Origin: Aplysia californica
Lineage: Eukaryota
Reading direction: 5' to 3'
Assembly (NCBI RefSeq): GCF_000002075.1
Contig: NW_004797364.1
Location: 104,057-155,658, forward strand
DNA length: 51,602 nt
Within the stretch, counting starts at the first letter, position 1, and every line of letters begins with the position of its first letter. The position numbers and the translations under genes are program-made. Shown here piece by piece: positions 1-12,400 of this stretch. The notes beneath the pieces are model-generated. The model was not told the DNA's origin and did not search any database. It saw only the letters and a program-made list of their open reading frames with translations.

Positions 1-589
1 GGGTTTATGACGTATGGCGAGCAAAGAGTGGTTATCCCTGATGGCCTATCACAGTGCACAGTGCATAGTGCCATGAGGCGTGCCATTTTCACTTAATATC
101 CTGAGTCTCAAGATCTACGCTTATTCAGTTGCCCCTCCCCTTTACCTGTCGAAAATTTATAGCTTTCCATCTCTGACCGAATCCCCCCCCCCCCTTCCCC
201 AAACGCCTTTGTCGTTACACACCATTACGTCGTGAACACACCAATCAAAATTCAGTCTGTCTAGCAAATTCGGGCGTAGAGACAACTGCTGCAATCAACG
301 CCTACTGCAATGGTCAGGAAAGAGTTCACGGTTCGATGTGATCCCACCTGGAACGAACATGTAGGCCCTACCCACCCAGCGAGTGATGTAAGTTTAGGGG
401 GAAAGCTCAAGTGTGAGTGCGATGCGTGGGGAAAACAAACGCGTCGATCAGTTCACACCCCGGTGTGATCCCGTCGGGGGCAAACATTGTATCGCTTCAT
501 CCAGTTTTATGTGTATGTGATCACATTCACGATAATGGCTGATCTTTGACCCGACGGACAGTTTATTGATCTCAACTTTTCACTCTTGC

Positions 590-791
590 TTGATCAGCTG
601 TCCCGCCCGCGTTTTTGTTCCGCAAATTATGATCTGAAATGCGAGATCTTAGCCGAATGTAGACCTTCAGAGTGAATCAGAGCGGGATCTTAGGGGTGAC
701 TTTTGTATAGTAAAAATTCTGTTTTCTTAAAACAGCGGGATCTTAAGCGAACCGGAATCGTAAGCGGTGGGATCTTAGGCGGAGACTACTG
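590..791. mobile_element. Right end of a pogo/Tc1-type non-autonomous element
   Basis: Four GCG(G/A)GATCTTA-like subterminal repeats ending ...GACTACTG|TA; left end not identified. Confidence 0.5.
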
Positions 792-999
792 TATATTATA
801 CTTGTGTACAGTTGTTTTAACATTTAAAGCCTTTGCCAAAAGGTGGGATACTTGGGTGAGACAAACGAGGTCCAAAAATCAACGTAGGCTCGACCCTGTG
901 CGAATAATATTATTTCTTATTCGCACACCCGGAGCGAATAATATTAATTCTTAAAGGCACATCCGGTGTGAATACTCACTTCCTTTAAACATAGAAGAA

Positions 1000-1763
1000 G
1001 GAAGTGGCTATTCTCATCCGGGGTGAGAATAGAAAAACGATCTACCTCTCACGGTGAGAATTGCCAGCGTAAGCTATTCTCACCCGGTGCGAAACAAGAC
1101 CTGCTTTTCCTCATTTTGGAATACTGTCTATCGGTGTGGATGATCAAATTGATAAAAGCCAAGAAAAAATTACGTTATATAGCACAAAAGTAAGCTAATT
1201 TGATCGTCTTCAAAGATGCTATGGCTATTTCACTTTTCGAATCGAGCCGAACTACGCGGGTCGCCATTTTGTTTTGCCCGGAAGTTCTCGCAAGATCTAC
1301 TCCTCCCCTCTCTCTCTCTTTCTGAATACTGTCTATCGGTGTGGACAATCAAATTGACCAAAACAAAGTTAAAAAATGATGTTAAAACACAAAAGTAAAT
1401 TAATTTGGTTGTCTACAAAGATGCTACAGTCTACAGCTATTTAACTTTTCGAATCGAGCCGAACTACGCGGGTCGCCATTTTGTTTTGCCCGGAAGTTCT
1501 TGCGCTACTCCTCTCTCTCTCTCTTTCTCTCTCTCCACTGCCCACAGACAAAATTGTACGCTTTTAGTAGGCTACAGACAGTTGTAATGGAACGTTTGTT
1601 CACGGCACAGAATTCTACAATGTTTCTGTTATCACAGTGTAGAATTCTGTGGTTTAGGGTGAACGCGAAATTTGTTGGCCTAGATCTAGGCTATAACGGT
1701 GAACGCGCACAGGGTGAGAATAGCCAAAAGACTCGCCTGCACTATTCTCATCCCGAGGTGGCA
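1000..1763 (-). mobile_element. Non-autonomous DNA element, family A copy 1 (inverted relative to 3572-4349)
   Basis: Near-identical reverse complement of 3572-4349; palindromic CTATTCTCA..TGAGAATAG subtermini; internal ~200-bp tandem duplication. Confidence 0.85.
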
Positions 1764-1829
1764 GACCTCTAACTCAAGTCCAAGCCAAGCTTCCAAAACT
1801 AAGAAGCAACACAAACAATTTTATACAAA

Positions 1830-1915
1830 TTAGATCTACATCTAGAATCTAGATCTAGATCTAGATCTAGATCTAGATCTAGATTCTAGATCTAAAAATC
1901 TAGATTTTAGATCTC
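1830..1915. repeat. (TAGATC)n self-complementary microsatellite
   Basis: Seen directly. Confidence 0.9.
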
Positions 1916-1925
1916 TATAACAAAC

Positions 1926-1946
1926 CTCTACTTCTAATGCAGCCAT
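1926..1946 (-). CDS. Possible first coding exon (MAALEVE) of a divergent gene running out of the window to the left
   Basis: Minus strand: acceptor ctttctcacag| just above 2120, good start context aagcATGG, donor GAG|gtttgt; no homology support. Confidence 0.35.
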
Positions 1947-2887
1947 GCTTATGATCCTCAGCCTCAGAAGAAACTGTCCGATTCTAAACCTGTAGCGAGG
2001 TACTCTTCTGACTTCTCTATATAAATCTAGTCTTCGACCACCTAGATCTACTCAGAGTCGTTGGAAGCAGTGACAGTCTGTTTGATCATTTGTATAAAAA
2101 CAGTCCACGATCTTGCGCCACTGTGAGAAAGTGAGAAATGAGTCTCCCCAGCAGGATCCATCCCTCTCAATGTTTATGTTTTTATACGGTGAGAATGAGT
2201 CTATAAATAGATAACAGCTAGGGGACGTGAAAAATATGCTAAAAATAAATCAAGCAAAACTCAAAACTAAAACTCAAAGACTTAATTTTTTTCAAGAAAA
2301 AATACAGTGAAACATCCACGTTTTTCTAATATATCAAGATGCTTAGTAAAATAATATTGAGTGCATGTCAACAAGACTAAAGGGCTGTGTATTTCTGAAT
2401 TGTTTCTTGGGCCCTAAGCCTATCCACCAACCACCATTTCCAGGAAATTCAGAGCATCAGAAATTGTTTACATTTGCCTGACACTGATTCTCTTTACATG
2501 AGTCTCTATTTAAATATTCGGGGCATACATTTTTCAATACCTTCATAAAACCTTCTCTTTTATTTAAAGTTGAAAACTATCATTGAAATATCATCAGAAA
2601 TTTAGGCATAGATAACTGGGCGAGCAAAGTATTGTACCGGAATATTGATGGGTAAGAACAAATAAAAGTAGTAAATAATCGAAGAACCGTTTTCATTTTG
2701 GTTTATCACTAGTATTGCCTTGCCTCGAATTTCAAAGCAAAACAAGACAAGACTTGACGTGCTTTGCCTTTTGTATAGTGGACTGTGGAGTGAAGCGCAG
2801 CGAAGAGCCGAAAACAAGGTCTATGAGCAAAGGATACAACCACATTTTGGTGAACAGAATTGCGCTGCAAAGCAAGGTTTAATTGAA

Positions 2888-2899
2888 ATGTCTACCCTG
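2888..2899 (+). CDS. POC1: POC1 probable first coding exon (MSTL)
   Basis: gaaATG TCT ACC CTG|gtatgc; phase-0 donor fits the phase-0 acceptor of the EDPSLERH exon; short N-terminus as in vertebrate POC1. Too short to prove by homology. Confidence 0.6.
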
Positions 2900-5800
2900 G
2901 TATGCTTTTACTTTTTTTACTGTCCAAATTGTTTTTCAGTCCGAAGTGGCTAGCCGTACTGAGACAGAGTTTAGACTTAGCTAGATCATCTAGAATCTAG
3001 ATAAAGATCTAGATCTAGATCTAGATCTAGACTCTAGATTCTAGATTTAGTAAAGGTCTAGAATCTAGATTTTACCATAATTTAATGTTTTAAGGTTTCA
3101 TTTACAATTCAGCCATCCTTTTAATGAAATTAGGAAGGTGGACTTCCGTAACGAGGGACAACCCCATCAAACACAATAAAGAACAGGCCTAACCCTTACC
3201 CTAACCCTACCCCTAGCCCTCAAGTCTGCTCTGTCTCATAGTGGTCGCTCATTACGGAAGTCCTCCCTTAAATTAATAAGTACAGCTAGCCTGCCAGTCT
3301 AGCCATACATCGTAGGAGGGGCTATTAACATTAGAAAACAAGTCTCATTAGTTTATTCAGGTTAAAAGATGGCTGTACTGTAGTTATTCACACAGGGTGT
3401 GTGAATACTATGGAATTGTATTCGCACACGGTGTGCGAATACTATGAAATTTTATTCGTACAGGGTGTGTGAATACTGTGGGAATACTATAAAAATTTTA
3501 TTCGCACAGGGTGTGTGAATACGGAAGGACTTCCGTAACGAGCGACCACCCCATCAAACACAATAAAGAAGGGCCACCTCTATTCTCACCCGGGATGAGA
3601 ATAGTGCAGGCGAGTCTTTTGGCTATTCTCACCCGGTGCGCGTTTACCGTTATAGCCTAGATCTAGGCCAACAAATTTTGCTTTCACCCTAAACCACAGA
3701 ATTCTACACTGTGATAACAGAAAAATTGTAGAATTCTGTGCCTTGAACAAACGTTCCATTACGACTGTAGCCTACTAAAAGCGTACAATTTTGTCTGTGA
3801 CTGTGGGCAGTGGAGAGAGAGAGAAAGAGAGAGAGAGAGGAGTAGCGCGAGAACTTTCGGTCAAAACAAAATGGCGACCCGCGTTGTTCGGCTCGATTCG
3901 AAAAGTTAAATAGCCGTAGCATCATTGCAGACAACCAAATTAATTTACTTTTGTGTTTTAACATCATTTTTTAACTTTGTTTTGGTCAATTTGATCGTCC
4001 ACACCGATAGACAGTATTCAGAAAGAGAGAGAGAGAGAGGGGAGGAGTAGATCTTAGGAGAACTTCCGGGCAAAACAAAATGGCGACCCGCGTAGTTCGG
4101 CTCGATTCGAACAGTGAAATAGCCATAGCATCTTTGAAGACGATCAAATTAGCTTACTTTTGTGCTATAACGTAATTTTTTCTTGGCTTTTATCAATTTG
4201 ATCATCCACACCGATAGACAGTATTCCAAAATGAGGAAAAGCAGGTCTTGTTTCGCACCGGGTGAGAATAGCCTACGCTGGCAAGTCTCACCCGGGGTGA
4301 GAGGTAGATCGTTTTTCTATTCTCACCCCGGATGAGAATAGCCACTTCCATAAAGAAGAGGCCTAGTTCTAACCCTAACCCAAACCCTACCCCTAGATCT
4401 ACCCCTACCCCTACCCCTAGATCTACCCCTACCCCTAGCCCTCAATTCTGCTCTGTCCCATAGTGGTCGCTCGTTACGGAAGTCGTCCCATGAATACTGA
4501 GTGAATACTGTAAAATTTTATTCGCACAGGGTTTGTGATTACTATGAAATTATTCGCACTGGGTGTGTGCATACACTACAAAATATTATTGGCACACATG
4601 CGTTTCAAAAGAATGATGGAAATTAATTGGGCCTAGCATTTCCTCATTTTTTCCCACTCATCGCGTAGGGACAAATGTATAGCAAGGTAGTGTAGTTCAC
4701 TCCTGTCCTCTCTTTTAGCCAATTTAAAAAATGTCCTCAAGATTTAAGTCAGTGTAAGTCGGAAGTCAGTGACTACTGAAATCTCCAGCTCAGTCTCTGT
4801 CCATAAATATATTATACTAAATGGATCATGATTTAGATTGGAGGGGATTCGGCATTTTGCGGTTTTAGCCCCAAGAGTACTGGATCGATACTGACTTGAA
4901 TATTCAGTGTTGATGTTTTATCCGAATGAGAGCGAGAGATGTGATGGTATTTTTCAGTACAAAACGAGCAGTAATATTTCACTTGTTTTTAACAAGGCCA
5001 CCTATATTTTCACCCCTGGTGAGAATAGCTCATGATCCGATGTTCTCACCCCCACCCGGGGGTGGGCATGAGGCGGGGACTCCCCCCTGACCTCTCGCAG
5101 GCCGATAAATTCACCTGGTCCCTTGGTGGCTAACCGCATGTGGTTGGGAAATGACTCATGAGTGCTTGGCGCTTGTTTCCTCATGTAGGCCAACTACTGA
5201 TTACCGTTTCCATAGCCTTAATTTGTTTTGCTTTTTAAAATCAAATATCCATTGCCTTCTTAAAATTCAAGCTATAAGTATGAGTACCGGTAGGTATCAA
5301 GAAAAAAAAATGTTCTGCTGCTGACATAGATTAATAGATGTCTATATTTAATGTAGCTCGTCTGTTTGGGTTGTTTTTTTTGGGGGGGGGGGGGTGTTTT
5401 GTTTTTCACAGTTGTTTGCTGTTCATGGTGTGAAATGGCCCATTTTAAAAATAAACTTAACCCGAAACTTATCTGGGCCTGCACAACTTATTCTCTGTGC
5501 TGTTCCGTGTGTGTGTGTGCTATAGGCCTACTGTATATATATAGCACACCTGTTGGGTTGAGGGGGGGTGAGAATAACAAGATACGGGCTGTTCTCACCC
5601 CTGGTGAGGATAGCCACTTCCTTTCAACAAGGGGTGTGTCAGACCTAACAATAACATTGGGGATTTCAGAGGGCATGCCTCCCCCCCCCCCCCCCCCTCC
5701 TCTCCGAATTTAACCATAATTTGATGTTTTGCAATTAGGTTTGATATCGGCACGCATGTAGAAAAGTAATCGTTAGTCTAAGAACCAGAAGTAATCGTCT

Positions 5801-6430
5801 GTGCCGTAAAAACCCACACTCCATAGTTGTCAGTTGGGCCAAAACCGGATTATCCTGGGGTCCTTTCTACATTCTCATTCATGGGTAAGATGACATAATT
5901 GTACTTGGCTGTATACTACATGATGATGTCATGAAAACTGTCTCTGTACACTGACTGACGCTTTGTCTCTTCAGGAGGATCCGTCGCTAGAGCGTCATTT
6001 TCGTGGCCATCGAGATGTTGTCACAGCTGTTGATTTCAATCCCAATATGACCCAGTTGGGTAAGATGATGACGACAGTTTCATGTAATCTGTAATAATAC
6101 ATGAAAATGCATAGAGTTTTGATTTTTAACAGGCTAGTTCATGATCATAGTAGTAAAATTGTTCTTTGTTTTTTGTGAAGTTCAAGGGTCTTCTATAATT
6201 AATGAATAAAATTGTATGAGCACAGGTAAATCTATTTTATGCTTTACGTTTAGAGATTTACTTTCTTTTTCGTTCTTCTTTGTTTTACTCTGCAAGATCT
6301 CAGGGGTAGTCGACTGCTGGTTCTTCAACCTGCAGCGTAAAGTCTGATTTTTATGTTTTATGTGACAGTTTTTCCTAATCAGTGGGGCCCTTTGCCTTCA
6401 GGCAGCCACAGTCCGATTTTGAAGGGACTC

Positions 6431-6474
<44 letters not shown>

Positions 6475-9400
6475 CTTTTATACTGAGTGCAGTATTTTCC
6501 AAAGAATCAATTTTGAATTTTTCCTTAGTGGCAGCCAAAGCCTACTCTTAACCAAGGGTTCTATTCTTTAACCTGCGCAACTTGCACATGAAACCTCCAA
6601 GATTTTTCGCCCTTATAATGAATCCGAGACGGCTAGGTTTTCGATCTTTACCCTAAGATCAAGGGTGTGGCTGAAACACAGCAGTAAGAAGGAGAGACCC
6701 TGATTTATTTTCTAAGTCAGTCAGAAGTTTGTTTTTTATTTTTGCTTTTTAAAAAAGTGTGTGTGTGGTGAGGTTACTTTTGCCTACTATCAGAAGTGGG
6801 ATAATATGATGCATATTGTTCTATTTTTGCTCTAGTCTCAGTCTGAGCTATTGTATGCACTTTTCTTGTTGATTTTTATACATTTTACACGAATTATGAA
6901 TTTTGACTCTTTATCTGTCACAAGTTTTTAGTTTTGGTGATACAGTGGGTGTCACATTCAACGAGGTCACATTCAACGAGAAGTCGGCTCCAACGAGGCA
7001 ATACTTAATCCCTGATTTTTTCTTCAACAAATTGTCTTGTGTATAATTTTCTTGTCTGAAGAGAGACTAGTACTATTTAGATTCAAATTAGATACTAATT
7101 AGATATAAGTATAAGAGAATAATGGATTATGAATATTTCAGCTTCAAGCTCATTGGACAACAATCTTATGGTATGGAATTTCAAAGCCAAAATGCGAGCC
7201 TACCGATTTGTAGGGCACAAGGTAAGATGTGTAGAGTTGCTGCAATTTTTTTTTCTCATGTATTTGTGATTCATATGTCATATTCCCAGCATTGTATTTA
7301 TATATATGAGATTTGATAGACTGAATATTATGATGTCACTTACCCATAATTGGATGTATTCATGCAAATTTCTGAAGCAGAAGGATTCAAATTTCACTCA
7401 TTGATGTCTTTTGTCTTTGAAATCCCTTGGATTACTTGCAAGCTAAATAAGAAAACCACTTTTGCAGAAATTTTCTGAATTCTCCCAGTCTTTTATTTTA
7501 ACGTTTTATGCCTCATGTTGCTGTATGTTTGCATGGTTAATGAACCTTTGCCAGATATAAACATATTTTAACACTGGAGTAGTTGGAGCGTTTGTAAGTT
7601 TAAATTGCGCACTGTCTTGCTGCGCTTTATGTTTTTCTAAATGATTGTTTTTGCGGTAATGTGTTTTGCCATAATTTGAAAATTGCTTGCACTGAGCAAA
7701 TACTGTTTTTATTTTTTTCTTTCATGTCATGTTTTTCTCTTGCACTTCCAGGATGCTGTAAACTGTGTGAAGTTCTCGCCGTCAGGTCACCTTGTTGCCT
7801 CTGCATCTCGGGACAAAACAGTTAGGCTATGGATTCCCAGTGTGTAAGTTCTCCATCGTCTACTCTCTTTTTGGTCTTGAGGGTGTATTGAATGAATTTT
7901 GACCATCTTGCACAGTTGTTGCTGGGTGCTGTGATGGAGCGTACTTTTCTACTCTTTTCTAAGGGTTACTAATATCTTTACCTCTTCGTGACCTGTATGA
8001 CATATGCTGTTTGTCATTTTTTTTACCCGGTGAAGGAGCCAAGATGCTGCTGTGACATACAACGTTCATCATGCATTGCGAAGTGCGAGGGCCATGATGA
8101 CGAACACCATTTGTCATAGGTTGTACTCTGCTTACTGCTTCTATTAGGTGCATTTCGTAGAACTAATCGTAGTTTCACATTCAGCAATACTTTTTGTGTA
8201 CAAAGAAATTTTTCCTTTTAGAGACGGTAGTGTTTACAAACCAGATCTATATAGGCAGCTGACAACTAAATCTAGCATTACTCTTTGTCCCCGAGGATCC
8301 AAAACTGTGCCCAGTGAAGCACAAACTGACCATGTGTCACGAAGGGGGGAATCTGCTTCTTGGTTAAATGTGGGGACTATCATGCCAACACATCGTTGAC
8401 TACATTCTGGCTTTTCTGTTTCTTCCTAGTTCAGATGGTCATGACTTACCTACAGGAATTAATTATCTTTAGGCAATTAGTGCTAGTTTTTTTTTCTTCC
8501 GTTTTTTCACAGGAAAGGAGAGTCTACTGTGTTTCGAGCTCATACTGCCAATGTGCGAAGTGTTGACTTTTCGTCTGATGGCCAAGCATTGTGCACTGCT
8601 TCAGATGATAAAACCATTAAGGTATGCAAACATTGTGTGTAGTGTCTCAACTGATGTTGCGGGGTACACATGAATCCTAATTCCCTTTCTTTTGGTTCTA
8701 AATTTTTATCAGAGCGTATTCATTTCTGCCACGTGGTTGTTATTTTCATGGAACAGTCCTATTTTAGCTTTCCGTGGTCAGTAAGTCAGGTTGCAGCGTT
8801 CAAAGTATTTGTTCTAAATTTTTCTGCACAGTCGGGGGCAGTGTATTCTCAACTGAGGCTGCCAAATAGATGTCATCTGTAAACAGTTTTCTTTCCTGCT
8901 CCAACAGCTTCTGTCCTTGGGACTTAAAGCCACAATGTAATTGTACAGATTTTCCTAAGTTGATCTTGAGTCAGAATATTACCAGTGATTGGTTAAGATT
9001 GGTCTCTAGATCATCCACAGTTGACCTTTCAAAGAGATGGTAGAGGTCGTTTAAGCTGTCTTTTGGTTTTGGGTCTTTCTTGTTGTTGAAGACCATTATC
9101 CCCATGGCCTTTCTGTTTATTCTTGCCTTTTGATCGGCTAATACCAGTGGTTCATAGGGTTTGTTGGTGCTTAGAGGTGTGAACTCTAGACTGCTGAGAG
9201 CTCAGAGCTGTTTCTGTTTTTTTATTGCTAGTGCGGCAAAAGAAATGCCCGAAGCCCATCAGACTTGAGTCTCTTACCAATATAATGTTTACCATAATCC
9301 TTGCGCAGAACAGGCTTGGCTCTCAAAACTGGAGGCCCATAGGCTGTGGGGAGAAGGTAAACGGGGCTCATCATACTTAATTCTCTCCAAAGTGCAAAAA

Positions 9401-12400
9401 TAGTGTAGACTCTCAGTTTTGGATACTGTGGAAAAGCTTGTTGTTATGAACTGGACTGATCTGCAAAGAGTTGACAGGTTAGTCTGATTCTCGCTGGTGT
9501 TGATTTGACTGTGCAATGATTCATCTTTCTGCTACTATGGCACATTTCACTGCGTTATGGTCCATAAGTCTTATTATCAGCCAGAACTTCTCAGTTGGAT
9601 GATGTAACATGGATATATTTTTTGCTCCTGCGATATGAGCTAGGGAGTTGCCCACAATGAGTTTTCTCTGGAATCTGAGAAGTCTGTTTAGTTTTAGGTT
9701 TCTAAGATCAGTGAGTATGATAGGAGACCTGCCAAGTGCTCTGATATAATCAGTGTCCTCTGATTATTTTTTTGTGTATGGAAGAATTCCAAGCAGATTT
9801 GCATAAAGTCTGGTTTTTTACTTGAATTCAGTTAATATCAGTCCTACGCAGCTTATCATAAATGACATGAAGATGTACATTTTTACTAGTGCGTATTTGC
9901 AATTCATGTTCATTCGCCATGATCGGTTTGTGACCTACTCTGAATCTACTGGGTTTGTGAATTCTCTGACTTTTTCCTCCAGACTCTGATTTTCAGGGAG
10001 GATTCTGAGGATAGGTTTGATTGTTAATAAAACACGGCGTACAAACAGCGCTCTTTTAGTTGGATCGGCGGTGGAGTGACCGGGTCACGGCGGGCCGGTC
10101 ACCCAGAGGTCACTAACCCGCTCTCCCGCTACCTGCGTCGGTAGCCGGTGAAATGAATTTTTCAACACATGTTTTATCGTCTTACACAAACAAAAAATAT
10201 CATACGTGAACACAAGTTTGTTCTTTAGAGAAAGCAACTAAACCTCTTTATTGGTACGAAATAGCAATACCATGGCTGCTCACGTTATGGAGTTAGATGC
10301 TCTTAAAATGTATGTCTATTTATAGTTAGTCAAAACAACAAACACATATTGAATGGCTAATAACTTATAAGCCTAACGATAAATATTTACAAAACTGCCA
10401 CGTAAGACAGGAAAATGTGTTTAGAAATTGACTCTCAAAATTTTGTTTCCAGCACGAACATGGAACTTGTCATGAGCATGATAGCCAAAACGCTTCCCTG
10501 CATTCATGAATTTTTGTATCCAATGAATTGTGTATCCTCCTGAATAATGATATACTGACGTATCTTCAATATACAGCACCGATTTCTTTTCACAAATGAA
10601 CATGTACAGAATAAAAGTATACATTTATACAATTTTTCTTTCTAAACATATCCAGCAGCACGCAATGAGGGAGCTATTTGCAGGAGATGCGACACAAAAA
10701 TAAAACGCATTATGTCTATCTGGTTTGAGATCCTTCGTGCTCTGGCTTCCAGTTTTGAGATCTCTTGGTAGCTGCTTTCTGTGTCCTGTTCTCCTAAAAG
10801 CCCGAGAGCAAACATGTGTTGTTGTATGTGTGGAATACAGTGTTGCTATGATATGTGTTGCTTTGGGATAACTTTGCGGGGAAATAGCGTCTGAATGCGG
10901 ACATGTAATTGTCGATTGCTACGAAGATTTGTGGAAGTGAAAATCGTTCGACTGGTTTGAGATTTGATATTGCAATGTGAACATGGCTAAATCTTTCATT
11001 GAGAAGATTGAATATTGCTTCCATTCCTTTTGCCTCCTCAATTTTTGCAGTTTCGACGGAGTATTTTTTTGTTTCTGTACAAATTGTGTTTGTTAGTTCC
11101 TTGCATACATGGGGATGGAGGGAGGTATGTTTGGGGTGTTTTACGATGTTAGCTTGAAATTGATCTTTGTATGCAGCCACCTAAGCGGTACCGACAAAAC
11201 GGAGAAGGAATTCACATTTCTGTTATTGTCAAACGCACACCACGTGTTCCTACTGGTGTCAACTGCTTTTTTGCGGCATGAATTGACGTGACGTAACACC
11301 CTATCTCCCTTTGATAGTTGAAATCGCTGTAAAACACTTGACACAAATGTTAGCGGAATGCGACTATTTATCTTCGTCCCTCACATCAATCCCATAAATC
11401 AAGAGAATATCTCCTGCCATTGTCTTACATAATCGGGGCTTTCTGTACTTTTTTTTGTTTGACAGTTAAATTTAAACGCCAACACACCCGACAAAGTTCA
11501 TTCAGAGACTCTCTATGCCTCTCATTTGTGTGACTGACCCATTGCAGTTTAATGATTTTTACTTAGGAACACAATTCACTAACTGATTGCCAGTCACTGC
11601 AAAGTGCTGGAAAAACAAAATTCACATCATTAGAAAATATGATTTGATGGCTATCACACCGCGCAAACAGAAGTAAAGACCATCGTTCCATTCTCGAATG
11701 ATTTGTAATTAAATTTGAAGAGATAACATTATTAACAGCGCTTCCGATCACATAACACTCACAATTTAAAACTGTTATTATTCCCAAACGAATCAATGAA
11801 AACTGTTGAAACTTTCCCAAGATATCAAGAAGACGTAGACGAAGCGGAATTGGTGAAGAAATGGGTTCTATGGGTAGAGTGAGCATCATTTTACGGCTCA
11901 TGAAATTAGGGGAAGAAACGCGTTCTGATAAGGACAAGATAGGACAGCGCTGTGCACGAGTTGACCCCGGTCAATCCCCGACTTGACGCGTGAAATTGCA
12001 GGTCACCTGCCGCTAATTTATGGTCTACCGCGGGGGGCCCGGACTAACTAAAAGATCGCTGAGACGGAATTTCGGACGCCGTGAAAAGTAAAAGTTGGGG
12101 GGGGGGGGGGGGAACATAGAGGCAATGAAATCTTAACGGTAAGACTGGTTCTGTTTCCGGTGCTAAAACAGCTTATTTTCTGTAAACGACTGCATACAAT
12201 TGGTGATTAGTGGGAGCTCTTGTGTGGTTCACTTCTTTTACTTCTTTCACTTTTCAAGAAATATTCTAATCAGCTCCTGACAGAATATGGCCTTTATCAT
12301 GCTGACTCACTGTATGCTGCAACTCGGCTGTAGTTTATGAATGTTTTTATGCCTTCTCATTCGTCTGTGATGGAGTAATTTGACGATGATGGAATGATCT

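Noticed and set aside
3188-4442. CCCTAA-like runs as a telomere or interstitial telomeric site
   Set aside because: Short, degenerate and internal to MITE B.
893-4597. Palindromic ~36-bp repeats resembling a CRISPR array
   Set aside because: Eukaryotic intron context, no unique spacers, no cas genes; they are TE-associated minisatellites.
4731-5890. Alternative POC1 start exons (ATG at 4731, 5280 and 5881)
   Set aside because: Their nearby donors give phase 1 or 2, incompatible with the phase-0 acceptor at 5975.
7055-7095. Hammerhead ribozyme (CTGAAGA core)
   Set aside because: Stem II pairs poorly and the GAAA is absent; no convincing hammerhead was seen near the Penelope element either.
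8890-9900. Possible decayed LINE (also 15840-16220)
   Set aside because: Composition is suggestive, but I could not read ordered RT or endonuclease motifs.
10046-12061. hAT element with CAG termini
   Set aside because: No 8-bp TSD; the true ends are the outer CAC/GTG with AAAA flanks and a Chapa finger.
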